This document shows, in pieces, positions 57,803 through 64,000 of a stretch of 64,000 nucleotides of DNA. Source of the DNA: Alphaproteobacteria bacterium (GTDB lineage Bacteria; Pseudomonadota; Alphaproteobacteria; UBA828); contig CBDCCI010000002.1 in the NCBI GenBank assembly GCA_965214705.1, forward strand, positions 1,120,001-1,184,000. Reading direction: 5' to 3'. The notes below the pieces were generated by a model, which was given only the letters and a program-made list of their open reading frames with translations, made no database searches and had not been told where the DNA came from. Each line of letters starts with the position of its first letter. The stretch's first letter is position 1. A program made the position numbers and the translations under genes.

Positions 57803-57843
57803 GAGAACGATGGCCCCGCACCCGTGGCGGGGCCATCGCTCTC
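57803..57843. terminator. hairpin between convergent genes (likely bidirectional terminator)
   Basis: CGATGGCCCCGC / GCGGGGCCATCG perfect 12-bp stem extended by GAGA/TCTC. Confidence 0.65.
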
Positions 57844-57852
57844 GCAGGCTTG

Positions 57853-59250
57853 TTATTCGACTGCCTCGCGCATGCGTGAGGCGATATCGGCGATGGCTGA
57901 CGCCGCATCTTTCTGGTCTGCACCGGCTGCGCTCAGCTCCTCGATGATGATGTCCTGCCACACGAACCAGTTCGGCGTGTTGGGCAGCTCGTAGAGCAGG
58001 CCGTTCTCGTCCAGCCAGATGTGGATGGCCTCGCGCTGGCGGTTCTCCCAGGCCTCGTCTTCCCAACGCGGATCGGCAAGAACGTCGCTGCGGACGGCGA
58101 GGCAACCGAGCGGCAGACATTCGTTCTGGATTTCCTTCGTCAGCAGCCACTGAACGAAGAGCCAGGCCGCTTCCTTGTTTTGCGCGCTCTTGGGGATCAT
58201 CCACGACTGACCATAGGCCGCTGTCACGTGATTCCCCGGATGGACGAAGTAGGTCATGTCGCCCGCCGACGCGGGGCAGTCGCCGGGAATCTCGAGATAG
58301 GGCGTCGTGTCTCCCCAGGTGAAGATCATGAACACGTTGCCGCTGCACATCTCGGAATACTCGGTATCCCACGTCGCCTCGGTATGGCCGGGCGGCGCGA
58401 ACTGGCGCAGGTCGAGCATGAGTTGCAGCGCCCTGACGGCGGTGTCGTCCCTGTCGATGGCGACGTTCAGGTCCGCATCCACATACTCGCCGCCCATCGC
58501 AAGCAGGATGCGCTCATAGTCGTAGTAGACCGTGAGGTGACGCTTGAACGCCGCGATCATGCCGTAGAAGTTGGATTCGAGGGTCTCGCCCGCCAGCGTC
58601 TCGCCCTTCTCCCGAGTAAAGAACTCGGCAAGGTCGCGGAACTCCTCCCAGGTCGTGGGCGGCAGCGGCATGGCGTAGCCGTAGGCCGCCTCGAAATTGG
58701 CCTGCTCGGTAGGGTCGTTGGCGAGGCTCGTCCGGTACGCCGCATATGGCGGCAGGTAGTGGTAGGGCACGGAGACGAGCGCGTCGTTGTAGTAGCCCGA
58801 GATCTCGAAGTGGGCCTGGACGAAATCCTCGACCTTGACGGCGGGATCGCGCAGCGCAGGATCGTTCATGAACTGGTTGAGGTCGCTGGTGAAGCCCGGT
58901 GCGGCGAAGGCCACGGTCTGATTGTTGGCGGCGGGAAAGATGTCGTAGTACTCCCCGCCCGTCAGCTGATCGGCCAGCACCTGGCGCCAGACCGCCTCGA
59001 GATCGGCGACTTCCAGGAGCACCTTGATTCCCGTCAGCTCCTCGAACTTCTTGGCCATCTCGGTGTAGGCGAGGCAGGGGGAATAGCCGTCGCAGATACC
59101 CCGGACCTCGGTGCCGGCGTAAGGCTTGGCGGCTTCCTCCAGCGACCACGCCGACGCCTCCGTCGACGCCAGGCCCCCGGCAGCACCCGCTACCAGGGCG
59201 CCGGCAAGAAGCAGGGCCTTCAGGCGTTGATGTATCGGCCTGTTCATCAT
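57853..59250 (-). CDS. extracellular solute-binding protein (carbohydrate/CUT1-type ABC)
   Basis: signal peptide ending ASA-WSLEEAAKPY; FEELTGIKV, PTTWEEF.D.AEFF, KEAAWLFVQWL; GGGGAG RBS. Confidence 0.85.
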   Translation of the reverse strand: MMNRPIHQRLKALLLAGALVAGAAGGLASTEASAWSLEEAAKPYAGTEVRGICDGYSPCLAYTEMAKKFEELTGIKVLLEVADLEAVWRQVLADQLTGGEYYDIFPAANNQTVAFAAPGFTSDLNQFMNDPALRDPAVKVEDFVQAHFEISGYYNDALVSVPYHYLPPYAAYRTSLANDPTEQANFEAAYGYAMPLPPTTWEEFRDLAEFFTREKGETLAGETLESNFYGMIAAFKRHLTVYYDYERILLAMGGEYVDADLNVAIDRDDTAVRALQLMLDLRQFAPPGHTEATWDTEYSEMCSGNVFMIFTWGDTTPYLEIPGDCPASAGDMTYFVHPGNHVTAAYGQSWMIPKSAQNKEAAWLFVQWLLTKEIQNECLPLGCLAVRSDVLADPRWEDEAWENRQREAIHIWLDENGLLYELPNTPNWFVWQDIIIEELSAAGADQKDAASAIADIASRMREAVE

Positions 59251-59392
59251 CGAAATCTCCCCATTTTGCATCCAGGCCGTTCCCATGATGCCGTCCCGCA
59301 GCGCGGCCTGGTTGCAATGCGGGCTCCGCAAGTTTCAGGATCATGTTGCCACGACAGCGCCCGCTGGGCACGGCCGGCGCGGCTCGATTGCA

Positions 59393-61459
59393 TCACACGA
59401 CCACCAGCTCGCGTTTGAACGGGACATCGCCCGGCGGCGGCGCATCGAGCTCGCGCGCAAAGCGGTGGCCGCTCCACACGGCGGCGGCGATCAGTCCGGG
59501 GCCGAGGGCGTCGCCGATCCGCTTGACCGAAAGGATGCCGGCATCCGCAAGGCGCTCGGGCGAGGCCTTGAGCGCGTAGTAGAGGGCATCGTTCGGAAGC
59601 CTCGACGTCACCATCACCACGGAGGCGCACTCGATGGTCCGCGCGCCCTCGCCGTAGACTCCCTCCACCCGCACGCCGCCCGCGTCGATCTGCGTCAGGC
59701 TGTGGCCGCTGACGATCCGCACGCCGACCTTGACGAGGTTGGTCTGAATTCCGTGCTGCTCCAGAGCCTCCTCGGCCCAGGCGGAGACCACCGGCGAGGG
59801 TGTCACGAGAATGACCGCGAGGCCGTCATTGACGAGCTTCTCCGCGATCGAGCCACCCATGTAGTGGCAGTCGTCATCGAACACCACGACAGGGGACGCC
59901 GGCGCGGCCCCGGCGAAGAGGTTGTCGGGTGTGAACACATGCGCGGCGTCACTGCCGGGGATTGGCGCGGCCGTATGCGTGCGGCCGATGCCGTCCTGGC
60001 ACCAGCGGGCGCCGGTGGCGACGGCCACGTGCCGGTAGCCGGCTTCGAGCACCGTCTCGGCGGTCATCTCGCTCTCGCGGAAGACCTCGACCGTCTCGTG
60101 CAGCTTCTCGATCTGGTAGGTGCGGTAGTCGCGCACGCGCGCCCATTCGGAGAGGCCCGGCAGCGCGGACTCGTGGGTGACCCGCCCGCCGAGCTCGCGC
60201 GAGGCCTCGGCGAGCCCGACCCGGTAGCCGCGTTGCCCGAGGGCGAGCGCACATTCCAGACCCGCCGGCCCGGCGCCCACCACGAGCACCGAGGAATCCG
60301 AGCCCTTGGGTTCGATTTTCTCGGGGTGCCAGCCGCGGCGCCATTCTTCCCCGACGGTCGGGTTCTGCGTGCAACGCATAGGGGTCTTCATGTGCTGCCC
60401 GGTCACGCAGATATTGCAGCCGATGCATTCGCGGATGTCGTCGAGCCGCCCCTCCTCGATCTTGCGGGGAATGAAGGGGTCGGCGATCGACGGACGGGCG
60501 CAGCCGACGAAGTCGGCGATCCCCCGCGTGATCAGCGAGAGCATGGTCTCGGGCGACGTGTAGCGACCGACGGTGATGACGGGCTTCTTCACGATACCTT
60601 TCACGAACGCGATGTACGGTTCCTGATAGCCCTCCGAAGTAAAGCGCGAGCTCGCGGAATCGTGGGTCCAGTCGCTGACATTCACATCCCAAAAGTCGGG
60701 CAGGTCGGCGAGCATCTCGACGACCTTGCAGCCCTCGTCCTCCCAGGTGATGCCGTCCTTGCCCAGGAGTTCGTCGGTGGCGAAACGGAGGCCGATCGCC
60801 ATGCTGCCACCCACGGCGTCCACGGTGTCTTCGAGCAGCTCGCGCAGGAGCCGCACGCGGTTTTCCAAAGAGCCGCCGTATTCGTCCGTCCGCCGGTTGC
60901 GGCGCCGGGAGAGGAAGTCCATCGGCATGGCGATGTCATGGGCGCAATAGACGTAGACCAGATCGAAGCCCGCATCCCTGGCTCGCAACATGCCGTCGCG
61001 GTGCCAGCGGCGAAACTCGCGGATATCGTCCAGGTCCATGGCGCGCGCCTGAACCGGGTCCGGGCTGTAGGTCACGGGCGTGTGCGACGGCCCGAGCGGG
61101 ATCTCGCGGCTGTAGTAGTTGGCGAGCGCAGACGCATTGCTGACGATTTCGGTGCCGGCGAGCGCGCCGTGGGCGCGGATCGTGTCGGTCCAGTGCCGCA
61201 TGCGGATGACGTCGTCCTGGTCCCACAGCTTCGTTTCGGGATAGGGGGCGGCCTCCGCATGGGGGTGGAACGAACACTGCTCGGTGCACACCACGGCCCA
61301 TCCGCCCTCGGCCTTCATGCTCCGCATGGCCGCATCGGAGCGCGGCAGCAGATGGCCCATGCCGCTGCAGTGCGGCACCTGGAAGAAGCGGTTGCGCGCC
61401 GTTACGGGACCGAGTTGGACGGGCTCGAACAGGACGTCGAAGCGGGGATCGCGGGGCAT
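59393..61459 (-). CDS. trimethylamine/dimethylamine/histamine dehydrogenase-family FMN/[4Fe-4S] enzyme
   Basis: NRFFQVPHC (FMN-linking Cys), KAEGGW, YVYCAH, RTDEYGGSLENR, ECIGCNIC..CTQN, GEEWRRGWHPE, GAGPAG. Confidence 0.92.
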   Translation of the reverse strand: MPRDPRFDVLFEPVQLGPVTARNRFFQVPHCSGMGHLLPRSDAAMRSMKAEGGWAVVCTEQCSFHPHAEAAPYPETKLWDQDDVIRMRHWTDTIRAHGALAGTEIVSNASALANYYSREIPLGPSHTPVTYSPDPVQARAMDLDDIREFRRWHRDGMLRARDAGFDLVYVYCAHDIAMPMDFLSRRRNRRTDEYGGSLENRVRLLRELLEDTVDAVGGSMAIGLRFATDELLGKDGITWEDEGCKVVEMLADLPDFWDVNVSDWTHDSASSRFTSEGYQEPYIAFVKGIVKKPVITVGRYTSPETMLSLITRGIADFVGCARPSIADPFIPRKIEEGRLDDIRECIGCNICVTGQHMKTPMRCTQNPTVGEEWRRGWHPEKIEPKGSDSSVLVVGAGPAGLECALALGQRGYRVGLAEASRELGGRVTHESALPGLSEWARVRDYRTYQIEKLHETVEVFRESEMTAETVLEAGYRHVAVATGARWCQDGIGRTHTAAPIPGSDAAHVFTPDNLFAGAAPASPVVVFDDDCHYMGGSIAEKLVNDGLAVILVTPSPVVSAWAEEALEQHGIQTNLVKVGVRIVSGHSLTQIDAGGVRVEGVYGEGARTIECASVVMVTSRLPNDALYYALKASPERLADAGILSVKRIGDALGPGLIAAAVWSGHRFARELDAPPPGDVPFKRELVVV

Positions 61460-61500
61460 GAGCTACTCCACTGAGGCACTGCGGCGCTGTGAGCCGGAAC

Positions 61501-62022
61501 TCAGAAAAACGTCGACATGGTCCGAGGGATCAGAGTCTGGTCGAGGATAACCTTGCGTCGCGCGATGCGCCACGAGCCGCCTTCAGGGCGAAGCCGGTCC
61601 TCGCGGCGCCCGACATAGAGGACTTCCGTGCGTTCCAGGCGCGACTGGTAGACGAGCAGGTTGCAGAGCACGTCGAGCTCGTCGCCGTCCGCCTCCTCGA
61701 TCTCCACGTTCGAAACGAAATAGCGCATCCGAGAAGGCGGCTGTTCCGCATGGGCCAGGGACGAGCGCAGGCGCTCGATCCGCCGGGCAAGAAACGGCTT
61801 GTCATCATCGAAGAAGGCCATTTCGCCATCGGCGGCCACGGCGTCGGATTGCCCGTCCACCGTCTCGCGCGCGGGCATCCAGTAGCGGGCGTCATCCGTG
61901 AAGAGCTCGAGCCACTCCTCGAAGCGAAGCTCGCTCAGCAGGCGAACCTCGCGGTAAAGGAACTGCTCAACGCGGTGCTGCAGCGCGGCGTCGACCACGA
62001 GACCGCCCGGACCACGGCGCAT
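61501..62022 (-). CDS. aromatic ring-hydroxylating oxygenase beta subunit
   Basis: EQFLYRE..L, WLELFTDD..YWMP, AEQPPSR, GRREDRLR, IARR; start could be GTG about 24 nt downstream. Confidence 0.93.
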   Translation of the reverse strand: MRRGPGGLVVDAALQHRVEQFLYREVRLLSELRFEEWLELFTDDARYWMPARETVDGQSDAVAADGEMAFFDDDKPFLARRIERLRSSLAHAEQPPSRMRYFVSNVEIEEADGDELDVLCNLLVYQSRLERTEVLYVGRREDRLRPEGGSWRIARRKVILDQTLIPRTMSTFF

Positions 62023-63316
62023 CCAGGAGCGCCGCCCAGTGCTGGTAGAAATTCAGTTGATTGGTCTCCGAGATGTAGGGCGAGAAGTGTCCGGGGCAGC
62101 CCTCGGGCCCGTCCAGCAACGGCTGGCCCACGTTCATCTGGTAGTTGAAGTCCAGCCGCTGACCCACCACGCCGCGCGTGGCCTCGGTCACCTGCTCGAA
62201 GTTCTCGGTATCGTCCTGCGCGGCGATCCCGCTGACCGCCTGGATACGCGTGAAATCGACCCGCGCCTGCTCCTTGATCACCTTCGGTGCATCGCGGTCG
62301 ACCGCGCACCAGTTCCAGGCCTCCAAACGGTCCGGCCCCTTGGGAATCCAGAGGTAGAAGCCGATCGGCCTAAGCGCGCTGAAGTCGTTGAACGAGAGAT
62401 TGGGGAACATGTTGCTGAACGAGAGCGCGTAGAGGCCGGCCTGATGCTTCGGAAACGCCTTAATGAGCCGCTGCTGGCACTCCTTGACATACTCGACCAC
62501 CTCCGGCCCGTAGGACTCGGCGAGCGCGCGATCCACGTCATAGCGCTCGCCGCCGAAGACGATCCCCGTCATGCCGTGGCCGTTGTCGAGGCCGATGTTG
62601 AAATACTCGTCCTCCTTGCCGCGGAAGCTCGGGTTGGCCGGATTGATCTGCGGGATGTCGAGCTTGTACATCGACCCGTGCGAATAGGGCAGATGATAGG
62701 TGTCGCCCGTAAAGTTCTCGCTCGCGATCTTCCAGTTGGCGTTGAGGGAGTAGCGCTGGACGCCGGGTACGAACTCGATCCCGCCGACGTGGCGCTCGAT
62801 CATCACGTCCAGATACCAGCGAAGATCGCCCAGAAAGTCGTCGAGGCTTTCGGCGCCGGCGTCCCAGTTGCCGAAGATCATGCCGCCGTAGACCGCCAGC
62901 TTCGGCACTTCGAGCAGGCCCCAGCGACTCCGGTCGAGGCGGTCGCCATAGGCATCCCGTTCCAGCGGCACGCCCTTGAGACTGCCGGTGTTGGCGTAGG
63001 TCCAGCCGTGGAAACTGCAGGTGAACTGGCGCGCGTTGCCGCGATCCGCCCGGCAGACCCGCATGCCCCGGTGGCGGCATGAATTGAGAAACGCGCGAAT
63101 CTTTCCGTCGTCGCCCCGGCAGATGAGGATAGGGTCTTCGCCCGTGTAGGACGTCATGTAGTCGCCGGGCTCGGGAATGTGGGACTCGTGCCCGAGGAAC
63201 AGCCAGCAGCGCGCGAAGATGCGCTCGAGCTCTAGCTGGTAGATCTCCGGATCGAAGAAGATCTTGCGGCTGATCAGCCCTTCATCGAGCTTGAGGTGGC
63301 GCTCCAGTCCCTCCAT
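61967..63316 (-). CDS. Rieske aromatic ring-hydroxylating oxygenase alpha subunit
   Basis: Rieske CRHRG..CSFHGW; NWK..SENF.GD.YH...SH; QDD.ENF; GGGGGAAGG RBS before ATG 63316. Confidence 0.95.
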   Translation of the reverse strand: MEGLERHLKLDEGLISRKIFFDPEIYQLELERIFARCWLFLGHESHIPEPGDYMTSYTGEDPILICRGDDGKIRAFLNSCRHRGMRVCRADRGNARQFTCSFHGWTYANTGSLKGVPLERDAYGDRLDRSRWGLLEVPKLAVYGGMIFGNWDAGAESLDDFLGDLRWYLDVMIERHVGGIEFVPGVQRYSLNANWKIASENFTGDTYHLPYSHGSMYKLDIPQINPANPSFRGKEDEYFNIGLDNGHGMTGIVFGGERYDVDRALAESYGPEVVEYVKECQQRLIKAFPKHQAGLYALSFSNMFPNLSFNDFSALRPIGFYLWIPKGPDRLEAWNWCAVDRDAPKVIKEQARVDFTRIQAVSGIAAQDDTENFEQVTEATRGVVGQRLDFNYQMNVGQPLLDGPEGCPGHFSPYISETNQLNFYQHWAALLDAPWSGRSRGRRRAAAPR

Positions 63317-63452
63317 GAGCCTTCCCCCCTTGCCCCGAGACCGGCGGCACGTGCGCCCGATGGGCTGCAGAAACCCTATCACGGCAGGTCACGGCAGACG
63401 AACGCGCGGGCCTCAGAGCCGTGGTCACGGGCCAGGGGCCGTTGCCGCCCGC

Positions 63453-63716
63453 ATGCTTGACCGGCAAGAGGGCTGCCGATTGAATGCGCTGGTCACGGGG
63501 TTCGGGATTCTCGTCGTGATCGACCGCTCAAACCTTCGCGCCTGCCTGTGGGCGATCCTCTATTGCCTGCTGATCGTCGTCGGGTGCGGGGTGATGATCG
63601 AGCAGGGAATTTCGTACTTCGTGGTGGTGCCCGTTGGGCTCTTCGTGTTTCCCCTGCTGGCAAGCCTGCCCTTCGTGATCTGGTTCAGATCCGCCGGCCC
63701 GCCGACGCGAGACTAG
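63453..63716 (+). CDS. small hypothetical membrane protein (start uncertain; may be GTG 63516)
   Basis: two hydrophobic segments CLWAILYCLLIVVGCGVMI and FVVVPVGLFVFPLLASLPFVIWF. Confidence 0.5.
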   Translation: MLDRQEGCRLNALVTGFGILVVIDRSNLRACLWAILYCLLIVVGCGVMIEQGISYFVVVPVGLFVFPLLASLPFVIWFRSAGPPTRD

Positions 63717-63719
63717 GCG

Positions 63720-63881
63720 GTGTTGGAACACGTTGCCGTCGCTGCTGTCTGCGTGCCGTTCATACTCATGATCGGGGTGTGGAACACCCGGCGACGCTGG
63801 CTGACCCCCGGCGAAGTCCGATTCTGGGGTGTGGCTCTCTTCATCGCGGTCGAGCTCGTGTATCTGGGTGTGGTGTCATGA
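63720..63881 (+). CDS. 53-aa hypothetical two-TM protein (not in supplied ORF track)
   Basis: GTG..TGA reads MLEHVAVAAVCVPFILMIGVWNTRRRWLTPGEVRFWGVALFIAVELVYLGVVS; stop overlaps next ATG (ATGA). Confidence 0.55.
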   Translation: MLEHVAVAAVCVPFILMIGVWNTRRRWLTPGEVRFWGVALFIAVELVYLGVVS

Positions 63882-64000
63882 CGGACGTGCGTCTGGAGGG
63901 CCTGACCAAGCGCTTCGGTCCGGTCGTTGCGGTCGAATCAGTGGACCTCGCCATCAATTCCGGCGAGTTCGTCGTCTTGGTCGGCCCGTCGGGGTCGGGC
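63878..64000 (+). CDS. ABC transporter ATP-binding protein (MalK/UgpC-like), truncated by window end
   Basis: MTDVRLEGLTKRFG..GEFVVLVGPSGSG Walker A start. Confidence 0.85.
   Translation, partial: MTDVRLEGLTKRFGPVVAVESVDLAINSGEFVVLVGPSGSG

Noticed and set aside
8308-61459. Single DMF to dimethylamine pathway linking DMFase and the TMADH-family gene
   Set aside because: About 48 kb apart with core genes between, and the dehydrogenase pocket does not look TMADH/DMADH-like

Overview
GC-rich alphaproteobacterial chromosomal segment (Rhodospirillales-like gene order, inferred). 1-7.5 kb is the distal S10/spc ribosomal operon (rpsC 3' end to secY-adk). The usual rpsM-rpsK-rpoA-rplQ block does not follow adk. 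Instead there is a class II aldolase and an accessory catabolic cluster: N,N-dimethylformamidase-like small and large subunits, a cobalt-type nitrile hydratase whose beta subunit is encoded as two translationally coupled genes, its activator, a family III CoA-transferase and a stand-alone carboxyltransferase. The middle holds transporters, an Hsp20 gene with an RpoH-type promoter and ROSE thermometer, two convergent HAAT (Liv-type) ABC systems, and core genes (uvrC-pgsA-mobB-moeA-moaD-moaE, GT9/WaaL, ilvE-MarR-RR-HK, proC, ybjN-like, gpt, coxD/coxE-like). From ~49.2 kb, starting at a relic permease fragment, is a second accessory region for amine/aromatic catabolism: SDR, prolyl aminopeptidase/amidase, choline-kinase-like protein, GcvT-family flavoprotein, PYROXD2-like oxidoreductase, cupin, PhyH dioxygenase, solute-binding protein, TMADH/histamine-dehydrogenase-family enzyme, Rieske oxygenase alpha/beta, two small membrane proteins and the start of an ABC ATPase. 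No tRNA, rRNA, CRISPR array, transposase or integrase was seen. Family calls come from motif recognition by eye; no searches were run.
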